From contig JBHGNT010000013.1 in NCBI GenBank assembly GCA_043228905.1, forward strand, positions 2,480,001 to 2,544,000: 64,000 bases of DNA, in the 5' to 3' direction. Below the pieces are notes generated by a model. That model was not told where the DNA came from and searched no databases. It worked only from the letters and a program-made list of their open reading frames with translations. How positions within the stretch are numbered: position 1 is the stretch's first letter; each line of letters opens with the position of its first letter. The position numbers and the translations under genes are program-made. This DNA comes from Azolla caroliniana (taxonomy: Eukaryota > Plantae > Polypodiophyta). Below are positions 46,128 to 57,653 of this stretch, one piece after another.

Positions 46128-49100
46128 AAAGGACTATCAAGGCGTGGGGCCGCGGTAGTCCGGATGACCGAAACAAACCCCACACGTATACAATAGATAG
46201 GAAAGTTTTGTTCTCCAATAACGGAGGTTGCACCATAACCGGCATTAGCGGCCGAGAAAAGAAACGAGCCAAGGAGTGCATAAAGGCGTGCCGAGCCTTG
46301 GGCCACGATGAGGGAATTGACAACGTCGTGGAGGCAGTCTCATTTGATGAAACCCTTGGAGAAATCGAGAGGGTTGTCGAAGGAGGTCTAAGTGAAAACT
46401 GGGTCATACTGGTTAACTCCGTGAAGATATACGAAGTCATTGCAGACATCAAAAGGGAAATCGGGGCACATGGGACCGCCCGCGTGGACACCACATACAA
46501 GACTATGGACCGAAAGGTGTAGCTAGTCGCGGCCCCCTTGCTGTATGGCAGCTGGGAACGAACAAATAGGGTTGCTACCGACCCAAGCTTACGAGATCCA
46601 GCCAGCAGAGGACACCAACCAGTTCACTGACAAGACGCTGCGAGAGCTGAAGATCGGTGGGGGTGGCTTCCAACTTCCAGCAAAAGAGGATCGGTTCAGG
46701 AGGATGCTTGTGAGGCACTGGAAAGCCTTCACATTCTCGTAGGGAGAGATTGCGTGCGTCGACTCGACCGGTGTCCAACCAATGGTAATCTTTACGGTGT
46801 CACACATACCGTGGAGTCTCAAGCCAACTCAGGTATCAAGAGCTCACATTCTTATGTTGATGGAGCTTCTTAGGAAGAAAGTGGAGCTGGGCATCCTCGA
46901 ACCATCGACTACCCCTTACTCCAACCGGTGGTTTACAGTACCATAGAAGAATGGCACGCTATGCTTCATTCAGGACTTGCAGCCGGTCAATAAGTTGACC
47001 ATTCGCAATACAAGAGTCAGACCGTCAATCGACGAGTTCTCGGAAGCCTTCGTTGGGTGGTCTATATACTCGGTCCGAGATCTATACTCAGAGTATGTTC
47101 AATTCCAGCTAGCCCTCGAAAGCAGGGAGATCATGACGATGCCAACCTCTCTCGGCTTAGTTCGGATGTGTACCCTACTGCAAGGAGGGACCAACTCGGT
47201 AGCGCACATGGTGAACGCGATGAACAAGGTGGCGAGGGACTGCATCCCGAACATCACCATGCCATTTTTGGACGACATCCTGATCAAGGGATACCTGGTG
47301 GAATATAAGAATGAATCGATCAGGCCGGACGGATGCCAGAGATTCGTGGCAAACCACATCTCCGACTATGAGAAGATACTACAGAGACTTAAGGGCGCTC
47401 GACTTACCTTCTCCGGGGAGAAGTCGGCTTTCAGACAACTAGAGATCTTAGTGCTGGGCCACCTGTGCGGGTCGTATGGTCGAAGGCCGTCTCAGTCAAA
47501 GGTAGGGGTCATCTCGGTAATGAAAGAGGAGTGTGGATCCGTCACGGAGGTCCAACGTTTCTTGGGAGCATGCACCTTCTACCACATCTGGATACTGCAC
47601 TACGCGCATGTCGTCGAGCCACTCTACGACTTGGTGAAGAAAGGCAGGAATTTTGAATGGGTTGAAGAGCACACGAAGGCAGTCTGGAGACTAAAACAAA
47701 TGCTTGCAATTGCACTGGCTTTACGGAAATTTGTATACAAACAGGGCACTACGGTTTACATCACGGTAGACACCAGCCCGACCGGAATCAGATGGGTCGT
47801 AAATCAAGAAGACGAGAACAACACGCGTTTCCCCATCTGGTTTGGCAACGGAATCAGACCGGAATGTATTGAACGAGCGACAACGAGGATACATCAATGT
47901 CAAGCGTGAACTATGGGGTATCGTTTTGGTGGTTAAGGTCGACAAGGACTACTTAATTGGGACAGAAGTGATTGTAGAAACATACTACCTACCGATTCTC
48001 AGTATGGTTTCCGGATGCGCAACTCTTGACTAGCCATGCTCAGATGGATTGCGTACATAAAGTACCTGAACTTGAAAATACAGCACATTTCCGGAAAAGA
48101 CAACGCCATGGACGATATGCTTTCTAGAGCGAGAATGACATGGTGTCAGAAGACGAAGAAGTTAGCGTAGACTTCTTCAAATCAGCACGGATGAAGGTAA
48201 ATAGGCGAAGCACTCCGCCCCTGAACGAGTTCAACAGGGAGTGGCTTCTAATCAGAAGGCTCCTAAGAATGATGACGGCAGACGCATCATGGACAGGGAG
48301 GAAGCGAGTCAACTTCGGAAGAGGGCGTACAAGTACTTCCTACGAAATGGGAAAATCTAGAGGCATCCGAAGAAATGGAATGACATGGCACTCTAGGTAG
48401 TGGCCCTAACTGAGGATCGAATGAAGCCGATATCGAAGTTCCATGAAAACCTTTGGTCTGGGCATCGGTGTACATGGGCCATGTTTGAGAAGCTAAAGGA
48501 TAAGTAATGGTGGCCGGGAATGTATAAAGGCGTGCACCACTTTGTGTCGACATGCGAGAGCTGCTAGATGCACTCAATGGTTCGACACCATGACGAGCTG
48601 CACCCGACTTACCCGCTGGCCATATACTTCAAGTGGATGGTTGACTTGGTGACGATGCCGATGGGAGTAGAATAGATGCGATACTTGGTGCTAGCAAGGG
48701 AAGATTTGACAAACCAAGTGGAGGGCCGAGCATTGACAAACAAGACCATTGCAGTCGTACCCAAGATTCTAATTGAAGATGTCGTCTGCCAGTACAGGTG
48801 CGTAGGAAAGATTGTGGCCGATCGAGGAGGGCTGGATGTAGAGGAAGCCAAGGAATTGTTTGACCGACTAGGGCTGAAGTTGACCCTCACAACGGTGTTG
48901 TGAAGATTTTCGGAAATGGTATGAAAATTGCGAGGAATGTCCAAAATCGAGTGTGGTTCTTCACACAAGACATGAAACAATGATAGTGAAGATACTATTT
49001 TAGATAAGTTTAATATCTTGGTACAAAAAGAGGGAGGTCTTGAAGAGCTTTTGAATGCACTTTGCTACATAACAAACGGCCAACTAAGTGTGAAGTTATG

Positions 49101-50180
49101 TGGGTATGAAGTTGCGAAAAAAGGAAAAGAAAAGAAATGACAAACAAACCTTTGAGATGTCCCACATAGATAGGACAAACAAGGATCCTACATTATATAA
49201 AGCAAAGCCAAAAACTTTTATTTTGTATTTATCTGTGGAGCATAGAGAGTTCGAGGTGACTTGAATGGGTGTGGCGTAGCTACTTGCAAAGGTTTTGGCC
49301 AACCAAAGCTTGACCGGCAGCAGCCGGTGACGGAACCGGCTCAAGATGCGAACCGAATCGGATCGGGATGCGGTGATTGGCCGGTGACGGAACCAGCTAG
49401 GGATGCGGACAAAACGGGTGCAAATCGAACGGATCGGGTGATCGCGGTGCATGGCGTCTTAAAGATATTTGGTGTAATTACAAGACCAAAAGCCTAATAG
49501 TATTTTGTGCTTTAAAAAGGGATGTATATGCAAGACTTGAACATTGCACCTCCAAGTTGAGAGTCTATAGGCTTACCATTAAGCCAAATCATTTCTTTAG
49601 GGATATATTTTTTATCACTATACTTTTACATGTAATATTTATACATGAGAGCTTAGATGATGACATGGCAAGCATGCATTTCATGCATTCTGTGCATGTC
49701 TTGCACCCTCACATGCACCATCTAGATGGGGGCATCTATAAAAGAGTGGGGTTGGGTATTAATTAAAAAAACTTTGTACTTTATATCAAAATTAATATTA
49801 AGAAGAAAATTAAGAAATTCGTTATCCAATTGATGTATCAATCTTGTTCTTCAAATCTAAAGTCAAGAGTTCAATCTTAATCCCTCTCAATCTAAAGTCA
49901 AGCGTTCTATCTTATGTCAATCTCTCTCTCTTTCAATCTATCTTAATTCCTTTCTTATTAAAGCTAGTGCAAACTTCGAGTCCTTCAGGTCTAGAACCCC
50001 GTCGGTTCTGCCTCACGATCCACACGTAGTGACGGATCTTCACGACAACGGCGTACAACCCAGAAGCAAATGGGGAGGTCGAGCGGGGTCATGGACCAAT
50101 TGTAAAAGCCATAGTACGCGCATGCGAAGGACGAGTCAGCAACTGGCTGAGACTACTCACTTATACACTATGGGCGAAAC
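46128..50180 (+). pseudogene. pol: Element C pol, degenerate, interrupted by solo LTR 48896-50047, INT C-terminus deleted
   Basis: QGGTNSVAH, MPFLDD, LAREDLTNQVEGRAL, LTT|AYNPEANGEVER. Confidence 0.9.
48896..50047 (+). mobile_element. Solo LTR of the Trp-primed Gypsy lineage (distant relative of the family A LTR)
   Basis: TGTTGTGAAGA...TCTTCACGACA; TSD ACGG at 48892-48895 and 50048-50051; shares tcccacatagatagga with the family A LTR; removing it restores LTTAYNP. Confidence 0.92.
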
Positions 50181-51219
50181 GAAGCGGAACCGGACCAGAT
50201 GATGGGAATCGAAAGCGATGACTTGGATTGAGAGGGCAAGTAATGATTGGCCCTAGAATCCTCCACTAAACTCGCTACCTGGCACATACCAAAGGATGTG
50301 TCGTTTGGTGGGGGTTGTTAGCACTTGGATTGCACCATAACCAATCATGAAGAAGAGCGCATCAACAAGAACCTAGTATGTGTTGAAGGACCTACGAAGA
50401 GGAAACGGCAAGAGGGAAAGAGGCTAAGGGACGTCCAAGTGTGAAAGGCTCATACCCTAAACGTGAATGCTATATAAACCACATAGTGGTGGTAGTGTAA
50501 AGGTTCTTCCATTTGTAAAGATCTCCCTATTGATTAAGAGTTAGGGCTTCCTCTCCTCCTTCTTGTAACCTTTAAGCTTAAGAGAGATTAGTGAAGTGTT
50601 TAGTTAGAGAACACTAATCTCTCTTCCTTGTTGGTGCTAGACCTCTTAGCAAAGAGGGTTAATAAACATATTCATTACTCTTATTGTCTATATTCATTAC
50701 CCTATTGTCTATGAGAGCGAGCTTGAGAGAGTGAGAGAGATATCATGCTTAATCATCTATTAATCGTTAAGTGAGTGTGAGGCTCGGAGGTGTCCGTAAA
50801 CAATCTCCGCCCGATTTGCCATCAAACGGGTATACACCGGTTCGAACTCCGCAAATGACATCGAGGAGTTAACTCCATCGATACATAGATCCGACACATC
50901 TATTTGGCGCCGCTGCTAGGGATACAACCGACGCTTGAAGCCGATTTTGAGTGGTCAAACACTCGTAGGAAACCCACTTAACGAGGGAAGAAATCGAAAG
51001 GAAACCACTATTTTCTGTTTTTTATGCTCGCTATTTCACATTTTACTATACCCGGACATTAGCAAGTTATTCGTATGGTTAACGCTAAGCATTGTTGAGA
51101 TTTAGCCGTTGCAGGGCAAGAATAATCACCGCGATTCTGGTTGAGTACGATAATCCTATGGGACACGAAACAACTATTGGTGCAAACAAATTCAAATTTC
51201 CCACTCAAAGTTCGTCGAA

Positions 51220-51545
51220 AGATCGGAGTTTGATAAGGGAAGCATCCTTCGACAAAAGATCAAAGTTTGCCAAACCCGCATCTTTTGATGAACCAACATC
51301 CTTCGACGAAGGATCAAAGTTCAACGAACCCACATCTTTCGACGAACCCACATCCTTCGACGAACTCACATCTTTCGAGGAAGCCATATCCTTCGACGAA
51401 AGATCAAAGTTCAACGAACCCCACATCTTTCGACAAAAGGTCAAAATTTGCCAAACCCACAAAGTTCGATGAAAGATTAGAGTGTACACCAAATCCACAA
51501 AGTTCGACGAAGGATCATCTTTTGACGAACCCGCAAAGCTTGATA
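51220..51545. repeat. 18/36-bp tandem repeats (catccttcgacgaa...) in the 5' UTR
   Basis: Recurrent cttcgacgaa(ggatcaaagttc)aacccaca units. Confidence 0.85.
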
Positions 51546-51879
51546 AGAGAACATGGCTAGATCCTCATGGACAGAGATGTGCAAAACCCGACCCACACGC
51601 CAGGAGGAGTCCACCCAAACCAACCAAATGCACGATGCTGACCCATCTAACCCGCCTCGATACCACGGAGGGTGGTTAACTCCGGGGACGCTAAACATGA
51701 ACCTCCCATCAAGCCCAACAACTAAAGCACCTCTCAACACGACCCCACTACATATTCACACGAGTGCATCAAAAACTTCACCTCCTAGAAGCATCGTCGC
51801 ATACGCACTGTCGAGGTTGTGAGCATAGCCCCGCGCCGCATTCGAGCACAACGGACGATAGTCCAAACGAAGCCCACAT

Positions 51880-52560
51880 GCAACGACACTCGACACCACC
51901 ACGTATGGACACAACCCCTACACCCGACCAAACTGCCTCGACATCCCCAAACACCGAACTCGCACTAGCATTACAATCCATCCAAACCCTCGTGGCATTG
52001 ATGGAAAAGGAGCGAGCACCCACGGACCATTCGAGAAACCCTACAAACGACAACAGGAAGAGTGCTTCCATTTCTAAACTAGTACCCCATTTTCTCAGTT
52101 TCGGTGATGCCTATGATCACGTCGAGAGGTTCAAACGGATTTGTCGCGCTTATGAACCCCTCACAAAGACCACCAAAGTAGCCGCATTTGGGCTTACACT
52201 CGATGACCAAGCCGGAATTTGGTTTAGATCCTTGAATGAGGACATTGTCGCGGACTTCGAGTACGTCATCGAAGATTTCTTGATAAACATCGCTTGTCGA
52301 AGGTATTAATGGAACCCGAACGACCAACTTTTCGCCCTTACACCCCATGCCTCCTTGGTTTGGATTGGTGTTACATTAGCGAATGTCTCCTGTCACCGAG
52401 CACGAACATGGTCTCCTTTCAAACTAAAAACGGTGTGAAGTTCGAGAAGCTTGTCGCAACAACACTCGAACCATGTCCCACCAATCTCGGCGAGCTCTAG
52501 AGCGTGAACTTGCCCAGCCAAAAAAGAGCTCGTACAACCACCCCCTACCCAAGTTCAGAG
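51880..52560 (+). pseudogene. gag: Retrotransposon gag remnant
   Basis: DAYDHVERFKRIC...KVAAFGLTLDDQAGIWFRSL...FEYVIEDF is a Retrotrans_gag-type pattern. Confidence 0.75.
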
Positions 52561-54026
52561 TAACGCTAACATCGGCACAAAGACATCTGCGCCACGCAAA
52601 TGGGTGAACGTCCATGCGATTTTTGCCGAAGGACCACGCCGTGGAGAATGTGATAGTTGGCGAGTCTGAAAAGAACTCACAAACGCCCAGGGTTGGCACA
52701 AAAGTGCCACTCACTTTTGGGTCCCGAAACGAAGCCGACTCCCCAACCGTGACCATATCACGACTGCACGGAACACCCGAAAACCACGCACATCGACCAA
52801 ATACCCCGCCCAGGTTAAGGCCATAGACCTCATCCGGACTCAGCGACTAGGAAGTCGGAGTACACATAGAACTACCTCATAGTTCTAGGTGCATAAAGGC
52901 ATTCAAAAGCCTTCCAGCAATACTAGAACTACACACCCCTCACCCCCACCACCTCATCCACACCCCAACACCCCTAACTTTCCCAAACTCTCACAAAACC
53001 CTCAGTGGATCCCCGTCCAACCTTACTGTCCCCACACAAATCTTAGTCCACCCCACATTCTTGTAAATCTGCCTCCTACCTTATGTCATCCCAATCATCA
53101 ACCACTCGACCCGTCTTCTCCCTCAACCTCTATTACCGTGCCTGGTAGACAATAAACCCCCCTTCGGTCTACGTATTAGTACTTCCGATCTTCGTGTTAC
53201 CCTTTATTTTTTAGGGGCACCATGGGCAATCATTTTTACTTGCAGTCGCTCGAATTTTGGTTCAACTCGTTCTTTTTCGTATTAAGTCACATGGGAGTCA
53301 CGGTTTCTCTTTCTCGTTTCTTTTGTTTTAGGTTTTGATCATTATTTTTTTGGTAGTTTCAGTTTTTCTTTTGCTTTTCTTTTGTTTTAATTCTTTTGTT
53401 TTTATTTTATTTTTTTGATTGGTTGTTTTTTGTGCTTTTTCTTTCATTTTGTTTTGTTGTTTTCTTCTCCCCACCTCTGTCTCCCTTACAACTCTTTCTT
53501 TTCTCCCTCCTTTCCCCTCACACTTCCTGCCTCTGTTAGGACCATTCGCTCTCCTCCTCTCCCTCTCCATGTTGCTTCTAGCCATGGCTCACGAATATTT
53601 CTCCCCCCCTCTGTGTTACACCCAACCCCTCTCGTTTTGCTCTCTCCCTCATTTTCTCCTTCATCACTCTCCTTCCTGCCTCCATAGTGTCGTTGCTCGC
53701 CACCGCCTCCACCTGTCGCGCACTCCCTCGGGCAGGTCTAAAATCTGTTTTTTTCTCAGACTCTCTCTCCACTCTCTCACTCGATCCTTCCCAATGTAGC
53801 CCGTTGCCTACGAATTTACACTCCTCTTGTGGTGGCCACAACGGCTCCAACATCTTTCGGTCGTCCTCTCGCCGCAGACGGTCCCTTAGGACTACTCCAC
53901 TCGCAAGCTCGTTGCCCCCACAGTCCCCTTGTCGAACCACCCCCAGTTCAACGAACGAACCATTTCCCTCCCAATTCATGCATAGGTTAGAAGAGAGATG
54001 CTCTTTGAACCGCGCCACCAGTTCAA

Positions 54027-54470
54027 AGAGCACGACTCCTCGAACTACGCACAGGTTCGAAGAGAGGCGCTCTTCGAACCTCACACCCCTTGTTCGAAGA
54101 GCGAGAATCTTCAAACCCCTCACCCCTGGTTCGAAGAGCGAGGATCCTCGAGCCCCCCACTCCTGGTTCTTCGAAGATCTAGACACTCTTCGAACCAAGC
54201 ACCAAAAAAAAATGTAAAAAAGTAAAAGAAAAATAATAAAAAATAAAATAAAATACAATAAAATAATGCCGCTGGTTGGAAGAGCACGACTCCTCGAACT
54301 GCGCATAGGTTCGAAGAGAGGCGTTGTTCGAACCACACACCCCTAGTTCAAAGAGTGAGGCTCCTCGAACCCCCCACTCTTGGTTCTTCGAAGATCTAGA
54401 CACTCTTCGAACCAAGCACCAAAAAATAAAAAGTAAAATAATAAAAAATAAAATACAATAAAATAAAATA
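54027..54470. repeat. Two direct copies (period ~254 bp) of a TTCGAA-rich unit with an A-rich tail
   Basis: agagcacgactcctcgaact...cttcgaagatctagacactcttcgaaccaagcacc at 54027 and 54281. Confidence 0.85.
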
Positions 54471-54804
54471 ATATCTAAATAACGCTATTCTTCAATCACC
54501 TCCTCCTATTTTCAAAATAATAATAATAATAATAGAATAAAATAGAAACAAAAAATAAAAAAAATCAAATCAAATCCAATAGAATAAATTTAAATACAAA
54601 AAAATAAATAAAAGAAGGATAAAATAAAATAATAATAAACATATAAATGAATAAATGCATAGATAACTAGATAACTAAGCCTACATCAATAGATTAATAA
54701 AATATCGTTAGCAGTACCACCATGTCAACACAAGTAAGGGGGTGTAAGAGTTGGTACACTCCCATACACCTTGTACTAATCTTTGTCCTAGCAGGTCATA
54801 ATCG

Positions 54805-55262
54805 ATGGCATCCATCCCATTCACCAAGCTCCTCCACACACACAACCCCCACGCTAGCTATGGCTCCCTGGTTATTCAAGCCGAGTTCAACAACACCAGT
54901 TGTACCCACCGGGTACCCAAAACCACCACGCAACTCAAGTACCTCGAGCCTGATGTTTTTGACACCCTTTCACGTCTAGGCCTCAAGTTCTTCCTCGAGA
55001 TTGGCCTTGGGGGGTACTTCCCGAGCTAGTCGACTGGTTCCTCATAGGATACAATCTCGAGACTGGTCATGTTCGCATGCACGCCTTTGCGGATTCTCCC
55101 CCTATCAAATTCCAATTCAACGTCGTCGATGTTTGCACTATGCTACATTTGCCGGTGGACGGAATTCCCTTTCACACCACGAGGTCCCCCGGTGTCACCC
55201 CCAACATCATCACCACCGTCTACACCGAGTATTCCGGACGTGAGGATTGGCATTTGATTTAA
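54805..55262 (+). pseudogene. Degenerate extra 3' ORF, possibly plant-mobile-domain-like
   Basis: MASIPFTK...TLSRLGLKFFL...FQFNVVDVCTMLHLPVDG resembles the ITLxDVxxLLGLPxxG motif; it has stops and frameshifts. Confidence 0.4.
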
Positions 55263-56317
55263 ATAAAGGCCCCACTTGCCATCAACTGGTCAGCCTCTGA
55301 ACTCGTGTCAATGTGCTCCCTGCCATCTACAAACGTAATTTCGAAACCATGATTGATACACGCTTCTTTCCCGCTTAAATTAGTTTTGATCAAAACCCCC
55401 CCTCTCCCTTCGCTGGCTACAACACCTCCACCTGGATAGCTCGCCCTAAGAAGGACTTCTTCACAATGACCGATCAAATGCAAGAAATCCACTTACCACC
55501 CCTCAACATCCACCATCTTTGCCACCGAGCACCCCCCGATGAACCCCCCTACTCCATCCTTCGCACCCCCAAAGCTCCAAGCTCCCCTTCCACAGTGCAC
55601 CCGGGAGTGTGTACTCATTATGTTGGGGGGGATGTTAAGCTCTTGGATTGCACCACAACCAATCATGAAGAAGAGCGCATCAACAAGAACCTAGTATGTG
55701 TTGAAGGACCTACGAAGAGGAAACGGCAAGAGGAAAAGAGGCTAAGGGACATCCAAGTGTGAAAGGTCCATACCCTAAACACGAATGCTATATAAGCCAC
55801 ATAGTGGTGGTAGTGTAAAGGTTCTTCCATTTGTAAAGATCTCCCTATTGATTAAGAGCTAGAGCTTCCTCTCCTCCTTCTTGTAACCTTTAAGCTTAAG
55901 AGAGATTAGCGAAGTGTTTAGTTAGAGAACACTAATCTCTCTTCCTTGTTGGTGCTAGACCTCTTAGCAAAGAGGGTTAATAAACATATTCATTACTCTT
56001 ATTGTTTATATTCATTACCCTATTGTCTATGAGAGTGATCTTGAGAGAGTGAGAGAGATATCATGCTTAATCATCTATTAATCGTTCAATGAGTGTGAGG
56101 CTCGGAGGTGTTCGACAACCATCTTCGTCCGATTCGCCATCAAAAGGGTACTCCCCGGTTCGAACTCCACAAACGAAATCGAGGAGTTAAGTCCATCGAT
56201 ACATAGAACTAACACATCTATTTGGGAGGTCTGCCAAGTGGTCGCATCCTCTTCTTGGCGCGTGAGTCGTTGCGCTAGGCTTGCGTCTCTTACGTTTGCA
56301 TATTTTCGTTGGGGTAC

Positions 56318-56507
56318 GAGAGTTGTGACATTAAAACACGAGATCGTGTCTCCATCCTCATCGCGACATTTTGTACCAATAGGGTACATTGAATTGGTCG
56401 TGGCGAGGGCATGAGAGTGGTGACATTAAAACACGAGATCGTGTCTCCATCCTCATCGCGACACTTTGTACCAATAGGGCACATTGCATCGGTGGTAGTG
56501 AGGGCGT
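56318..56507. repeat. 95-bp tandem duplication inside the inverted U3 segment
   Basis: gagagt(t/g)gtgacattaaaacacgagatcgtgtctcc... at 56318 and 56413. Confidence 0.9.
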
Positions 56508-57277
56508 CCTGGTTAATGCACCCTTCTTCATGACTGGTTGTGGTGCAATCCAAACGCCTAACAGGGGTGGATGTCGTGAAGATTCCAGGCCATAGGGGGG
56601 AAATGCAGGTGTGCACAAGTGCACCCCTTGTTTTTACTAATTTATGTAAATACTAGGTGTCGGTAGGTTTTGTGGATTACTAGGAAGTTAGGCATTAATA
56701 GAGGATTTAATATCGCGTAGGTGGGTGAGAACTAAAGCGAGATAGCGAGAGGACATCAAGAAGAGAATATAGGGGGGGATATCGAGAGGTCATAAAACCT
56801 GATGTAATGGCCACTCCTTGTGCTATAAAAGGGGCGGCCTGAAACAGTTTGACGGATCGATGTTTTCAGGAGGAGAAGACGTTGCCGAACAGGAATAAGT
56901 AGCTGGCTCTCTTGTTCTCTTCCGAACCTCTATGACCAAACTTTGGAAGGAACCCTCGGCTCCCGTCAGATGCCCGCGTGCTCCTGGCTAGAGGTCCCCT
57001 TTTTTGTGTGTTTTCTCTAGAGCTCGAAGCTCTATTCCCGGCTCTAACCGGTTGTATTCGTTGCGCTTTGCGTGCACGTCCTAACTACTATTGATAATCT
57101 ATCCCGTTGCTTTACGGTGTTTTCTGCTGTGTCGTTCTCGCATTGCTATTCTCTCGTATTACATTGAGTCTGAAACCTATGACCACCTCCTTCTTACTCC
57201 TATTTGTCTGTTCACGGTGTTTGTGTGCACGTGACACGTGGGCCTCTTCCTCCTTTCTTGATTCCTTCGTTCAAGAC

Positions 57278-57653
57278 TCATCATGATGTATATTAACATC
57301 AATCGGGGCTCCTGGCGGAAAACCATACATCAACATAAAAGGACTATATCCCGTCGACATATGCTTAGAGTTGTTATAAGAAAACTCCAAAATTGGGATA
57401 TAACGTTCCCATTTTGTTTGTTTTGCACCAACATATGCTCGAAGCATGTCCTATATAATTTGATTTACTCGTTCAATCTGTCCATCAGATTGAGGATGAT
57501 CCATCAGTTTCTAACTTCTTAAAGACTTGCGTCCAGAAGTCACTAGTAAACTTTGGATCACGATCACTCACGATATCCATCGGTAACCCATAAAAACGAA
57601 ATAACTCGTCGATGAATTGGTAAGCCAATTCAGGAGTTGTTACCATGGTTTTA
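57278..57653 (-). pseudogene. Gypsy integrase fragment, probably the continuation of chromovirus X
   Basis: YGLPMDIVSDRDPKFTSDFW and LEFSYNNSKHMSTGYSPFMLMYG on the - strand; same orientation as 16081-16707. Confidence 0.8.

Larger units (their letters stand above)
50316..56563 (+). mobile_element. Non-autonomous Athila-like Gypsy unit with direct LTRs (50316-~50898, 55633-~56216) plus an inverted U3 segment at the right end
   Basis: TSD GGGGT at 50311-50315 and 56564-56568; Asp-type PBS TGGCGCCGCTGCTAGGGAT at 50905-50923; PPT ggggggga at 55625-55632; no pol. Confidence 0.85.
16708..57277 (+). mobile_element. Trp-primed Gypsy element C, degenerate, hosts most of the window
   Basis: 5' LTR 16708-17091 plus 38188-38577; PBS 38582-38599; PPT split at 50311 and 56564-56571; 3' LTR 56572-57277 truncated; left flank ACGT. 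Confidence 0.9.

Noticed and set aside
53328-54415. ORFs of 70-250 aa, possible env-like gene
   Set aside because: Low-complexity T-, A- and pyrimidine-rich repeat sequence; the hydrophobic stretches come from poly-T tracts.
50316-56563. Retrozyme (hammerhead in LTR) or DNA transposon
   Set aside because: I saw no CUGANGA/GAAA core in these LTRs and no transposase; the inverted ends are LTR U3 sequence.
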